From positions 16,244,001 to 16,308,000 of the forward strand of contig NC_043015.1 of the NCBI RefSeq assembly GCF_006345805.1: a stretch of DNA of 64,000 bases, read 5' to 3'. The position numbers were made by a program, and so were the translations under genes. The notes under the pieces are model-generated. The model was given only the letters and a program-made list of their open reading frames with translations, did not search any database and was not told the DNA's origin. How positions within the stretch are numbered: the stretch's first letter is position 1; each line of letters opens with the position of its first letter. This DNA comes from Octopus sinensis (Eukaryota). This document shows, in pieces, positions 11,621 through 24,897 of the stretch.

Positions 11621-12572
11621 TGGTCAATATAAAGATCTTCACCCGTTAACGAAAAAAATAAAAATAAAACCCAGCCTGCTGGGTGTTAACAACTGTGTAG
11701 AAAACGAATATTAAAAGAAAAATTGCGCAAACGAACCTGGAGGTGGGGAGAGGACTTTCGGAAAATTCACAAGATCCGATTTTCCCCTCATAACTTTCAG
11801 GAAAATGGATATATATTAAAAAAAAAAAAGAAAGAAAGAAAACACCAACAAGCAGGCTATTCACATGCTAGAAATAACAACCAAATCTCAAGTTCGCAAG
11901 ACCATTTTCAGTTCCACAACACACGATGTTTTGCGCTTGTCGAATGATTCTCTTTAATTTCACTTTGTCACAGTATTTCTTAGCTATTTTTACTTTTCTT
12001 TTTTCAAAGGAGTTTGCTGTTATTTCAGCACTCATATCTTTTTGTAACTTTAAAAAAAAAAAAAAAATGAACACTTTAATTTCATATGAATTACATTTTC
12101 ATATTACTGCAGGAAATTAATCTTTGCAGAAAGCTGAGTAGATTGATTACATATTTCTTTCATCATGTTATCGCAGTTTTGTGAGATTCGGCTGTTATTT
12201 CTAGCATGTGGATAGTCTGCTTGAAGGCCAAGGCCGTAGAATTGGGAAGGGACGGGGTTGGTGTATCTTATCTTTTATCTTTTTTGAAAAATTGAAATTT
12301 TACAAACAATTTTTTTTCAGAATCGGATTCAGATTCTCAATAGCCTAAAAAGTGAGATTCCGTAAAAAAAAAAAAATTATATATATATATGTATATATTA
12401 TCCATTTCCTGAAAGTTATGAGGGAAAAATCGGATCTTGTGAATATTCCGAAAGTCCCCCCTCCAAGGTTCGTTTGCGCAATTTTTTTGTATATTCGTTT
12501 TCTACACAGTTGTTAACACCCAGCAGGCTTTTTTTTGTTTTCATTGACAGGTGAGGATCTTTATACTGACCA
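11621..12572. mobile_element. MITE-like element with ~190-bp terminal inverted repeats in NDUFB4 intron 1
   Basis: 11621-11815 is similar to revcomp of 12395-12572 (tggtca.tataaagatc.tcacc...cagcctgctgggtgttaacaactgtgtagaaaacgaata...cataactttcaggaaa); no clear TSD. Confidence 0.7.
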
Positions 12573-12799
12573 AACAAACAATGAGTATAAAAACAATGTC
12601 CAGCAAAAACAAAAAAAAAACAAATGTTTACAAGAACTAAATGTTCATAGAAGTGCAAGAAAAACAAGTATGAGTAAACATTGCAAGAATAGCAGAATGG
12701 AAACCACATCCATAATGGCAGAAAGTATATGAATTGGTGAATATGATGTGAGCTAGCAGTAGCTCTAGGAAAAAAATGAAAGATGTACCTGGTACTATT

Positions 12800-13950
12800 A
12801 CCGTGCACATTTGCTAAGATTAGCAAGGAAGACAGAATTACATGCTGGAACATTGCAAAAGACACAACCTTTTCTATTAATAACAATAGAGGCAAGCTGT
12901 GTCTGACAAGAGCACAGACAGCATGAGATATCTGACATACAAGGTGTCAGGCAAAAGAGCTTAACAGGCACCGTTATGGTGATATAACTCAATAAAAAGG
13001 CACAACATTATGGTGCAATGTGTGTAACTGGGTGCAGGCATGTGTAAGAACGTTGAAAAATTTTACAAACAAAACACAATGTAACAAATGTTGGAAAAGG
13101 TAAATACAAAAATGAGAAAAAGCAGGCATTCAGGGCCAGCTCATATATACAGTCTTGCAAAATCCTCTAATCTAATGGACATGATGTGTGTGAGAGGAGT
13201 CTATAGCAAAATAACCAGCCCGATACCAGGGCTCGTGCCACAGAGTAAGACATATCGATTAGAGGCATGGTATCAGGCTAGCAAGTGAGAATGGAAGTGT
13301 ATCCAAGACTGACAGGCCAGGGTCCAACAAGATTGAAGTAGATGTGATGGAAACGGAGTAAGCAGGGTTTCAAAAACAGCTTGTCAATGAGTCAGTGGGA
13401 TGCTGAGATGTCACACAGGATCTGCAGAGGTTGGCACAGGCAGGTATGGAAATTACAGGTGAAGAATCTTGAGTGAGTCCAGAGGAGATAAGAGGTTGCA
13501 AGTGTTGCTGATGAAAGGACTGTAATACAGCACTGATTGCAGTGTCTAATGCATTAACCACAAGTGAAAGCTTTGCATCAGAGACAGAGAGTGCAAGGAG
13601 GGATGCTGTAGTGAGAGAATTTTACAATGTCGAAAGCTTTGAGTTGAGTAGGAGTTAGTGAAATGGTGTCATTCATCATGCACAGATTCTTGTCAAGTGA
13701 GTGAAGAAAGAAGTCCAGTGCAATGAGGAATGAATTAACAATAGAAGGTAAATTGAGGCAGTGGCACAACTGATGAAAAATCAGAGGAGCAATGTCCTCA
13801 ATAACATGAACATTGGGTGAAATCAGAAGCCATCTTCTTCAATGGGGCAACAAATGGTGGCAAGCAGGAAAAATTTAAGCAACAGCAAGACGCAGCATGC
13901 ATGTTCTGCGTCACTGTGCATATACAAAATTCCACAAGGTCCTGTAACAA
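12800..13950 (-). mobile_element. Degraded Ty3/Gypsy pol remnant in NDUFB4 intron 1
   Basis: LTPTQLKAFDIVK and DAKLSLVVNALDTAISAVLQSFHQQHLQPL resemble the RT connection and RNase H D(A)SD.AIGAVLQQ...WQPL motifs; boundaries approximate. Confidence 0.65.
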
Positions 13951-16598
13951 AAGGAAACTTGAACAAGATGGGCAGCTATTTTGAAAAATGGTTCAAATGA
14001 AAATGAACAAAACTATTACATGAAGGACGCTGTTGTAAGAAAAAACTTTTTCTAGTGAAGGCTATAATTCTGTATTCCAAACTGCATTGTCTCTTGGGTT
14101 AAAGAAATTTAATGAAAACTGAATGTTTATAAATGTCTTGTTCTAGTTTGAGGCTATACATAATGATATATCCAGGCAGAGACTTTTAACTGATGTCATG
14201 AAGCAATTTTATTCAAAACAGCAAAACATACAAACACAAGGTTCAAGCATTGCAAAATGTATATCATTCAGGCTCAAAATATATTTTCTGTAGCATAGTT
14301 ATTTTTTTATTTTATCTAGTTTCAGCTCACGAGCTGTGGCCATGCTGGGGCAAAAAATTTTTTTTAGAGTATATTTTCAAAAGAAATATTCCAGCATTGG
14401 GTGGTCACCAATTATAATGGGGAAAGAAGTAAAACCACAAGATTTAGATAAGTTGAATAAGAAATGATTTATTCCTCTCATAAAAATAAGAATGCCAAAA
14501 GAGAATGATGGCTATATTACAGTCTGGAACAAGGATTTAAATGACTTCAGTTCTGCTGGGTCTGTTGATGGTCTGCTGTCTGTTGCGGTAATGATGAAAA
14601 CTGGAGAAGACTGGTTCATCGATGCCGGTCCAAAGAGATGTGGTATGCATGGTAAATGGCTGCTGCCAAAGACCCAGAGAGGCAGAATACAATGGTTTTT
14701 ATAACTCTGGGTAGGCTCCAGAGACAAAGTGGTCTTTCCCACATTGCAAACACATGATTGGACAGTTAGCAACTGGACAATACATGCCACTAGTGACTCA
14801 ATGGACAGAAAAGTGAGCCTATTTTGTGGTATTTAAGCTTAAACAACCAAGCTTAATAAAGGCATTACACCCTTCTGCTACATGCTGGTGAGTGTCTTTA
14901 TTCATTCAGGAAATCTAAAATTAAAAACAAAATTTGAGAAGTGGTGCTGTCAGTAATGTGATTCCACCTCAAAATACAAGGTTGGGTAATGAAAATGAGG
15001 AAAATTTAGAAACAAAGATGAAGTATAACTACAGATTGCTGCCTCACTGCACCCAACTTTTGTTTCCTCATACCTTTCTGAGAAATGCATTTTTTTAAAA
15101 TGAGATTTAAAATCGTAACCTGTTGAGTGGATGATTCAACTAGCAAGAAGGCTTACCTTTCATATTGATAATATTTAGATGTCGATTTCTTTGAGCAATA
15201 GTTCTTGAAAAGAACTTTACCACTGCTGGTGTATGTCTCTAAAAGCACGGAGATTCCTAAATATGGTGAGATATATTCTATCCAACTACTGCAATGATAA
15301 ATTACTGAATTGTTACTAAATGAATTAAGCCATAAAATTTGGAAATACTGGTCTTAATAAATCAGTTTTACTTGTGTTTTCTCATGCTCATATAGTTTGG
15401 ATGAATATATTTTGTATCATCTGTTCTATAAGATAGAATATTAGGTGTACCTTTATTGCTTATCTGTCACTTGTATACATTCACTTCAACTTTTTCATTT
15501 TGCTTTTCATTAATGAAGATTATGCTTATATATTTTTTAGCAGTTGAGAGTTTGTCTTCATGCAGTTCTCATGTATCTATAAGTTTTTCTATGTGGTGGC
15601 CCATAAATATGTTCTGCCACTAGACTTCTTTATTTAGTTTATAACTTCCAGTTTGTAGCTAATAGTATAGCTTGATCTTTGTCCTGTATTCTTGAAGATA
15701 AGAGAGAACAACAGAAGGAGCAACAATATCTGAACTGAATTAAACACAAGCAGTCAACAATAATAGTTGTGTTTGAACTTTTTGTTATTTCTATTAGTTA
15801 ATTTGGGGAAAGTAGATGTGCCCATCACTTTTGCAAGCCATTTATGACTGGTGGTATTGATGCTGTTACCATAAACTGGTACAAGTTGACTGCAGGAAAG
15901 ATATATAAGGAGGGAGACCCAGAGGCTTGATGATCTGGAATGGAAAGATTGAGCATGGTGGTTAGTGCAGGGTTTAAGGTGTAGGCACAACATGAGCAGT
16001 GGTGGCATAATACTGTTCAGTTCCTAGGAGTAGATGCCATTGTAGTTGCAGCAAAAAAACTTTTACCATTCAGTCAAGTTGCCTTTCTCTGGATGCTACA
16101 TGGGATGTCTATGTACTAGCAGCACAGTTACAAATACTGGATCTCACTTAAGCTTTGTAGCTTAGCTGAGACCTATGATGTTGAGTATTTTCTGACTCTG
16201 AACAAAAACGTTTTTTGGATGCAGTCTTTGCTACGTTAAGGATGTGCATTCACCTTTAATAATAGTGAACTGTAGCATTTGGAGCAATCATGAGGACTCT
16301 AGCTACATACTGTTCATAAGTAATGAAGTAAGGTGCAATGGTGTTTTCTTATGGGGAATGTTAATTATAATAATTTTAAAAAATTGAATAGATAGGTAAG
16401 CAATCTAGTAATTTGCTGATGTAAAATCCTGTTGAATTTTGAGGCTTGAAAGAATTATACATTTTAGGTTGGTGGTGAATAAACTGACTACTAAACACTT
16501 GTTTTTATTATGCTCATGTAAGTAATTAGCATTTGAAAAATAATTAAATATTGCAGCTATGAAAAATTTACAATCTTTTCTCATTTTATTTTTAACAG

Positions 16599-16742
16599 TT
16601 TGATCCTCAAATGCAGCGCTTTTATTCAATGCGTGTAACCGGATTTAATTACTTTAAAGTATCATTCAAGTCTGTGATGGTCGGCTTAAATTTTGTGGTT
16701 GTTCCAATTGCAGTCTTTACTTATTTAATATATAAGGAAAGA
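16599..16742 (+). CDS. NDUFB4: NDUFB4 coding exon 2 (contains the transmembrane helix)
   Basis: Polypyrimidine tract plus aacag acceptor; 48 codons FDPQMQRFYSMRVTGFNYFKVSFKSVMVGLNFVVVPIAVFTYLIYKER; donor gtaagt at 16743. Confidence 0.92.
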
Positions 16743-16910
16743 GTAAGTATTTCCTATAAAAAAATTTTGCTAAATGGATTTATAATCTCCAATGAATTCC
16801 TTTTAAAATCATTTATAATATAATCAACTTCAGTTTCTTGTATTGCTTAGGCTACACAAATCATGTATATTATTTGTACTTCAATTCTTTTCTTTTTTTA
16901 TTCTTTTTAG

Positions 16911-16979
16911 GAAGGACAAGAAAGAAAAATTCGTAATGGTGAAATAATGTACAAAGACCGGCACAATAAATTAATCTAG
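16911..16979 (+). CDS. NDUFB4: NDUFB4 terminal coding exon 3
   Basis: ttctttttag acceptor; EGQERKIRNGEIMYKDRHNKLI then TAG, like the invertebrate B15 C-terminus (G.V.YKDR..K..); AATAAA near 17018. Confidence 0.9.
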   Translation, partial: EGQERKIRNGEIMYKDRHNKLI

Positions 16980-18289
16980 AGTAACAAATGTAACAGACAA
17001 GTTAATTTGATTGTTGAAATAAAAAAAATATCTTGGAGTAATAATTGTATTTAGTCTTCACATTGTGAAACAAAAATTTTACATTTCTGTATCCTTGATA
17101 AAATGCAAATTATTTACCTATATTTTGGTTTTCATAATACCATGATCAGAATATTTTTCTGATTGTACTCAATGATATATTTTCACACATTACACACATT
17201 TGGATTGCAATGGTGCCTGTATATGATAATTCAGTCTGCTAGAAAAAGCAGCCAAGTTACCTCAAACAACACCCAGCCAGCTTAAAAAAGGAATGATCCA
17301 ATTAGTCTTAAATATATTATCTGAATATAAGATAGGATAGTCATAGCTGGAACATTTTAATATTTATATTTAACATGCTCGTTTATGCTCCAACCTTGAA
17401 TGACTTTTGTTGCAGTAGTTGTCTTGGAGAATAACACATTGAGTTGGGCTCTGGACTGTTAAATGTTTTTTATCGTAGTCATGCTTCATCGGTTATACAT
17501 AATATAGATGATATGAAAGGTTGTAACATCACCTACTGATTTCAAATATCATGTCTCCTATAAACAGTATATCTCTGTTAACCAATATTGCAACCTTTGA
17601 CTATCCAACTTAGTATGCTTAAATTAAGTTGCTCTGAAGACATACTAGTGACCTGTCAAAGAGGATCTTAGTCCACACAGTATCACCATAGAAATCATGA
17701 ATATAGCTAGGTTTTCAAGTTGTTGGGTTCTTATTAAAATGTTTCCACCTACTTTGTAACAAACAAAAAAATTTAATAAATGCTAGATTAAATGTTTTTT
17801 TATATAGATATAATCTTGCATGTTAAATTTATAGATAGATGTAAACTGCTTCATGCTACTCCATTTAGTGCTTATTTACTATGGCATTCTTTTTTTTTGG
17901 CAACATTTTCAGTAGGATAGCTTTAAATTATTCTAATAACTAGTGGGATCTTGAAAATTCCACATTTTATATTTATTTACTTTTAATTTGAAGATTTATA
18001 ACATTTTTTTTAATATATATTAAATGTTTTTGTAGCAGGGATAGAGAAAGGATGAGTTCATTGATAAAAAGTTAAAAGAAAATCTTGCTCAGTATGCTGT
18101 AGCATGTAGCATGAAGATACCAAATCATTTATCACATTGCCCTCGTATCTGAACATTGCTCGAATTATGCAACTGTTCTTTGTTCATGTTTACATATTTC
18201 TTTCTCAGAGTCTTTCTCATATTTCTCATTGGATGTAAAATTGCAAATATTTAGGTGATGGGAATCTGAAGAAAGTCAGCTATATATCG

Positions 18290-18710
18290 ATAAGTCTTTA
18301 AGGAAAATTTAAGATATGCTTGCCTTATGAGTAAACAATAAAATGCAATGCAACATGAAGTTAAGCCAACTTATAATAGAAGCAGCAAAAATCATCTTCA
18401 GACATTTCCACAGCTAGCAAAGTTTGGTTCAATAAATTCAATTAGCAGTGTAACCTATACAGCATCAGCATCTCCAAAGAAGTTTCAAATGCTGGCACTG
18501 ACGTAACCAAGGAATTTCCTCAAGTTTTTAAGGGTGTCATCAAGGATAGGAACTATTCTCTCCAACTTGTATTCAATTTAGATAAAACACACCTTTTTCT
18601 TTTTTGAGAAAAAATACAATTGCATGCTCTCATCTCCCAAAATGGAAAACACTTCTGGGTTTGAGGACAAAAAAGATCATTTTTACTGTAATACTTCAGG
18701 AAACTTCAAT
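18290..18710 (+). mobile_element. pogo/Tigger-type transposase remnant
   Basis: Degenerate translation resembles F.ASKGWF..F, VFN.DET.LF and GFK..KDR.T of Tigger transposases. Confidence 0.65.
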
Positions 18711-18949
18711 AATGTTTGACATCCCTTTCAAGGATTTCAGTCCTCACTTCTTTTATATATATAAAATGTGACCACGTGTGTACTGTTGGCGATTTTTTTT
18801 CCTCCGTTTTCCCTTCTCTGGATCTTTCCTTTTCCTATGTTTCTGACGAAGAGTTCCGCTCGTCCAAATAATACTATATTTGTTCCACATCCTCACATTG
18901 TTGTGGTTTCATGTTTGAATTAACTTTATGTATATATATATATATATAT

Positions 18950-19560
18950 AGTGTTCAGGCTAAATTTGACAGTTTGCATAAAAGGAAAAAGAAACAATAT
19001 CCCACTGAAAAAAAAATATCAACTAGTTTATGGCTGGTAGTTAACAGTTTACTCAAAGTAGATGCCCTCAGCTTCCACCACAACTTCAAGACAGCTCTTG
19101 GAACCTGGCACATGCATTCCTCAGTGTCTCTCGGAGATCTTGAAACATGTCCTTGGTGTTGCAGGCAGAACTGTTGGTGTCTTTCTCAAGATAGTAGTCC
19201 ATGGGATTACAATGTCAGAAATTGGGATTGAAGTTGTAGAACTTCTCCAATAACCACTTCTCACTCTCCAGAAGAATAGCAAATAGCCAAATGCTGCTGC
19301 TACACATATGGCCTTCCAGCAGCAACCTACTCCTGTCAGGGATTGATCAGTCTCCAGCAGCTTCACATAACCATCTGAATTGAGCCTAAGGCTTTATTCA
19401 AAGATGTCACCCTCACTGGAGAATCACCTAAAGACCATCACACTTTGAGAGAACTTAGTCTTTGTGATGGCCATGTCACATCGTACAGCCTTTAGTGTTC
19501 ACAGAGTACAGTGCAGCCATCACGATGTCAGCATTTTGATACCCAGTGCAAATTATCATG
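18950..19560 (-). mobile_element. Tc1/mariner maT (DD37D)-like transposase remnant
   Basis: - strand VAAGRPYV.QQ and downstream segments follow the maT pattern VAAGRPYVWQQDSAPCH...PNSPDCNPLDYYVWGAVER...EAVVEA.GDFI. Confidence 0.75.
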
Positions 19561-19574
19561 ATGTAGGTAACTCT

Positions 19575-20580
19575 TTTAATATTGGTTTCAAATTTTGGCA
19601 CAAGGCCAGAAAATTCAGGGGAGGGGGTAAGTGGATTACATCAACCTCAGCGTTCAACTGGTACTTATTTTATTGACCCTTAAAAGGATGAAAGGTAAAG
19701 TCAACATCAGTAGAATTTGAATGCAGACCATAAAGTCAGACAAAATACTGCCAAGAATTTTGCCCAGTGTGCTAATGATTCTGCCATCTTGCTACCTTGC
19801 TCTTTTCTAATATTCAGATGGCTTCCAGTTGTCCATGTCCACAAACATTTTCTCAACAACTTTATACTCTCTAATGCTGTTGATTGTTCACCAATACAGC
19901 AAGATGTTCCTGAAAAAGTTGACATACAAAGTCGTTATATTTAGCAAGAACACCTTGTGTGTGTATAACATTGTATTATTTCCATCTAAGTGGACTACTT
20001 ATATGTGTAGGACTCAATATATAATAAATATACAATTTATAATAGTTTTTATTTAGATATTGGCACATTTGTTTGACCATGGGTCATTCTCAGGTGATAC
20101 TTTAAAGCCGTCTTTTCTTTTTTTGTTTTAGAAAGTGAAAAATATTCATTTCAAATCTTGCACAAGATCAGCAATTTCGCGGGAGTGTGTAAGTCAATTA
20201 CATCCATTTCGGTACTCAACTGGTACTTATTTTATCGACCCTGAAATGATGAAAGGTAAAGTTGATCCTGGCAGCATATGTTCTCAGAATGTAAATTGAA
20301 AGAAATACCACTAAGCATTTTGTTTAGCACGCTAACGATTCTGCCAGTTTACTGCCTTATAGGTAATAAATATTTGTTTCAAATTTTGACACAAGGGCAG
20401 CAAGTTCAGGGGAGGGAGTAAATTGTTTACGTCAACCCCAGTGCTCAACTGGTCCTTATTTTATTGACCCTGAAAGGATGAAAGGCAAAGTTAACTGCAG
20501 CGGAATTTGAACTCAGGACAGATAGATGAAATGCTGCTAAACATTTTGCCCAGTGTGCTTAAGATTCTGTCAGCTGTCTT
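19575..20580 (-). mobile_element. Cluster of three SINE family B copies
   Basis: Copies at ~19575-19790, 20150-20360 and 20375-20580 share caactggtacttattttat.gaccc.gaaa.gatgaaagg.aaagt. Confidence 0.8.
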
Positions 20581-21207
20581 ATTAAGTAATAAATGTTAAA
20601 CAATATTATAGCGATGCTAATATGAGACTAACCTCTTTTGTAGGTGTGGACACTGAAAAGCCACACACCAGATATAGGACATGACACACTGGTACTTCTA
20701 TTATTATTTGTTCATTCTCATCTGCACTGTGAAAGATCTTTGTATATTTTTGTTAGTTGTAATTATTCATACCAGTATGTAATACCTGATGACAAAAGGA
20801 TCACAAGGAACAATACACTGTCATGGAAGAGATCTGTTCAGTCCATGCCATCATGGAAAAAACATGTCAAAGTGATGATACAGATATCATCATTTAATGT
20901 CCCTTTTCCAAGCTGGCATGGGTTGGACAGGATCTGGTGAGCCGCAGGGCTATGCTGAACTCCAGTGTCAGCCTTGGTATGTTTTCTATGGCTGGATGAT
21001 GCTCCTAATGCCAATCACCTTACAGTGTACTGGGTCTTGTTTCATGCCAATGACACTAGTGAAGTCACAAAGTTGCAAGACAGAAAAAAAAAAAGCCCTC
21101 ACAACCATGTGGGGGCTTTATGCCAGGTACTGAAAAGCTAATGTATAAAGAGGGACGAGCACAAATGTCTTGCTATAAAAGGAATACATAGCTATCCTTC
21201 ATTATAC

Positions 21208-21636
21208 AAGAGGATGCTGACAATACAAATAATACAACTCGTGAAACAGAAAGAGGTTCTGAAGATTATTTCCAGGATACGTAAGTCCTTTATTTTAATA
21301 CTGTTACATCTCCTGTAGGAGGCACAATGGCCCAGTGGTTAGGGCAGCGGACTCGCGGTCGTAGGATTGCAGTTTCGATTCCCAGACCGGTGGTGATCCC
21401 TGCTGTACTCTTTCACCACAACTTTCTCTCACTCTTACTTCCTGTTTCTGTTGTACCTGTATTTCAAAGGGCCGGCCTTGTCACTCTCTGTGTCACGCTG
21501 AATATCCCCGAGAACTACGTTAAGGGTACACATGTCTGTGGAGTGCTCAGCCACTTACACGTTAATTTCACAAGAAGGCTGTTCCGTTGGTCAGATCAAC
21601 CGGAACCCTCGTTGTCGTAACCGACGGAGTGCTTCA
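21208..21636 (+). pseudogene. Inverted duplicate of an SA exon 3' end (73 bp), its donor and intron start, and the intronic SINE
   Basis: 21208-21280 equals revcomp 37306-37234 with 1 mismatch, followed by gtaagt, the intron start and the SINE of 36816-37196 with a 61-bp internal deletion. Confidence 0.93.
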
Positions 21637-23419
21637 AGATTGTTTGAAAGGTATTGGTGTTTTTACGGCGAGAAGACAGTTATTTCCCTAAAGTTGAAGT
21701 TCAATTGCATAGCATTTACATTTAAAATATGTACACCTTGCCTTTTTGTGTTGACATTAATCTCGACAACCTTTAATGTCTTTACTTGCTCATGAAATGT
21801 TCCTTCTTTCATTTATCTCGATTGTTTGTTATCTGATTCACTTGGTTTCATAGTATGAATGTAAAGCAATCATTTTATTTAATCTGTCAGCTAAAAACTA
21901 TTGAAACTGATCTTATACTATAGTTGTTTGTGTCAGTGCACTCATCAGGTATCATTGATCTATGGGACGGTTGGACAAGTTGTTTTGAGAAAATTTGGTT
22001 TAAATGTTTGACAACTCTGCACCGTCCATTGGATGGGGGGCGTTTTGCTTGTACACATAATTTCCTAGATATACTTTCAGATAGTCTCTACAAGTGATGA
22101 TCAGATTTATCACATGGTTCTTCATTTTAGCATAAGCTGCAGCATTGTAGAAAAATAATGAACTCACTGCTGCTTGGTTCAGGAGTGCACCTTTAGTGCT
22201 CTGTTGCAGGTACTTAAACCATTAGTTTTCTCTTGCCCACATTTTACTTATAAAGACCAAGAGTATGAAAGTGATGGCTTTGACTAGGATGGATTCTGAT
22301 GTCAGGAGGATAACACATCTTTTCTCTGAGAGCAGCCCGGTATCTTACTTGTGATAGGACTTTAACTCTAAAAATCCTGTACTGCAGATAACAGCAACTA
22401 TCACCAAATTCTGAACCACAGTTCAAATAGTGATATTCTTGAGAGAGAGAGAGAGAGAGAGAAAACAGGAAGCACTCCATCTGTATGAGAAACAAAGTTT
22501 AGCCTGATTTTAGAAAGAACTCTGTTTGCACTAGCCACATTTATTGTCTTATTCATTGAATTCCAATTTCTTCCTTCAATTTTTAAGCATCAGTGGTGTT
22601 AGAATTGATATTTATTAATGATTTTATTGGAGAATTTGTACATGTAAAAAAAATAATCAGTGCTATTTCAATGTCATATAGTTTCAGCATTTCTATACTG
22701 AACTGGATTTCATAGAAACCTCTAGTTTCTAATAGGATTGGGGAATGTATATGCAGGCAGCATTACAGGAGTTAAAAAACACATGGAAGATTATAGACTG
22801 TTCTTAAAAAGGATTTGTTGCTAGCTAATGTAGAAGCAGGTACTGCCATTTTTTCCTGCTCATATTAGTCTAATAAGCAATAGTTATTCATGCATTGGTA
22901 TTCCAGTGATCACAATTTAGTGTTTTGTGAATTAGGTATCTTGGATCTACTCTGTAGCTGTTTTGCTGAAGGATTCCATCACTATGAAACAGTTACATTA
23001 CATGTGTGCGTGTATATAAAGGGTGGGGTGGGGTGGGGGAGACACTGGGCTAAATTGGTAATTTCTGATTTCTCATTATTTTCTCCTGACCTGTTTGAAA
23101 CCATTACAATGCAAGTATTGCATCATCATTGGGAGTGAAAATCGGTTAACATAGTTGTTGCTGCTGAAGTTAGAGTTTGAAACAGTCAGGTAACAGGTAC
23201 TTCTTTTCAAGAAATTTTTTCTCAACTTCGACTGGATTGTTACTGGGATTGCTAATAAAATATCTAGATAATTTTTGGTGTTTAATTATTGATATTCTTT
23301 TTTCTGTTAGATTCCAAGTTAATTTTTCACACGCTAGTGCCTAACCTGATAATCTTTAAAAGATGAAGACTAAACTGGGGGGGAAAATGAGTAACGACTA
23401 ATTTCAATAATTCATTCTC

Positions 23420-23965
23420 TTTAATTGCATGATGCATAAATGTATTGGGAGGAGTCACTCAAGCAAGTACAGAAAATTGCCATTTCCTCAGTGAGGCCCA
23501 GCATCCAAAGATCCTTTCTCACCACTTCATCCCATGACTTCCTGGGTCTACCCATTCCACAGGTACCCTCAACAGTTAGAGATCAGCACTTCTTTATGAA
23601 ACTGTCCTCATTCATACACATCACATGACCAAACCAGTGCAGTCTTTTGCACACATCTGATGCCTCTTATACCCAGTTTTCCTCTTAAATCATTTACACT
23701 CTGTTGTGGTTGCACACTGACATTACCCATCCAGCAGAGCATGCTAGCTTCATTTCTTTCAAACCTTTGCAAATCCTCTGTAGTCAAAGCTCATGTTTCA
23801 CTGCCATGTAACATAGCTGTATGTACACAGGCATCATACAAGGAGAGGCTCCTAGTTACAACAAAGGTGGAAACTCTCTGAACTTTGACCAGCCTATTCT
23901 TATTCTAGCAACTACACTTTTAGAACTCCCTCCCCCACTGCTAACTTGATTGCCTAGGTAATAGA
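23420..23965 (-). mobile_element. RTE LINE RT C-terminal fragment
   Basis: Similar to 61250-61600; - strand encodes degenerate RAMLHGSETW...RRLHWFGHV-type sequence. Confidence 0.75.
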
Positions 23966-24897
23966 AGCTGAGCAAGACCTAACACTAATTGCTTCAACTT
24001 GCCTTGACTGAATAAAAACCATTCCATTCCAACACCATGGTTGGTGATTAGCTATGTGCAACATCCATCTTTAAAAACAATTTTGCTTCACATAAACCAT
24101 CCCACCCCACCTGTGCAAATATGAGAAAGTGAGTCAGACACAATACCTTGTGGTACTTTGCAAATCCTGCTGAAGTTAACTTTGCTTTTGATTCTTTTGA
24201 GCTTAATAAAAATAGAGTCAAATGTTGAGATCAGTTGTATAGACTACTCTTCTCTTTCAAATTTCTGGCCTTGTGCCTATGCAAGAAACAATTCTAAGTA
24301 AAAGCCCAGCATGTTTAGGGATGGATGGGTAGACCATTACACAAACCACAGCACTTGATAGGATTGATGAAGTGCCTATGATGATCTTCTTAGGATCTGA
24401 TCTTAAAACATAAAGAGCTGCAAGGCATTTTGTCTGATATTCCACTGCGCCATGACATCAGATAATAAAAATAATTACAACTGTGTATTGCATTTATGAA
24501 TAAAAACATTGCAAAAAGATGTCTTGTTCTATATAATATGAATCTGCCAATCCTAAACTGCCTGAAACCAAAACACCCTAGTTTATATTTGTTACTTAGA
24601 TTCTGTAATGCTCACTATTAGAATCACTGCAGATGTTACTGAATTTTTGCTTTTATTTAGTGTTTTTTTTTTTGTTTTTGTATACCTGGGTATATTGTTT
24701 TTGAAGAGAGTAACTTGGTTTGTTTGAAAATTTCATATTAAAAAAAAACTGCAAAAGGGTCAAAGAAAAAAAAAATTTCATTGTTTGTTTTTGATGTTTG
24801 CATGTCCATGTCAATTACTAATTACATCTATTATTAATATCTTTCTTTTATGGTCTTTTTGAGTGTTTTTTTTTTTTAGTTATTCAATAATAAATGT

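Noticed and set aside
14492-14790. Overlapping ORFs on both strands in NDUFB4 intron 1
   Set aside because: No recognisable family motif or convincing splice context; probably TE decay.
22244-24445. Short ORFs between the two genes as a possible third gene
   Set aside because: No consistent exon chain or homology; several are antisense readings of RTE fragments.
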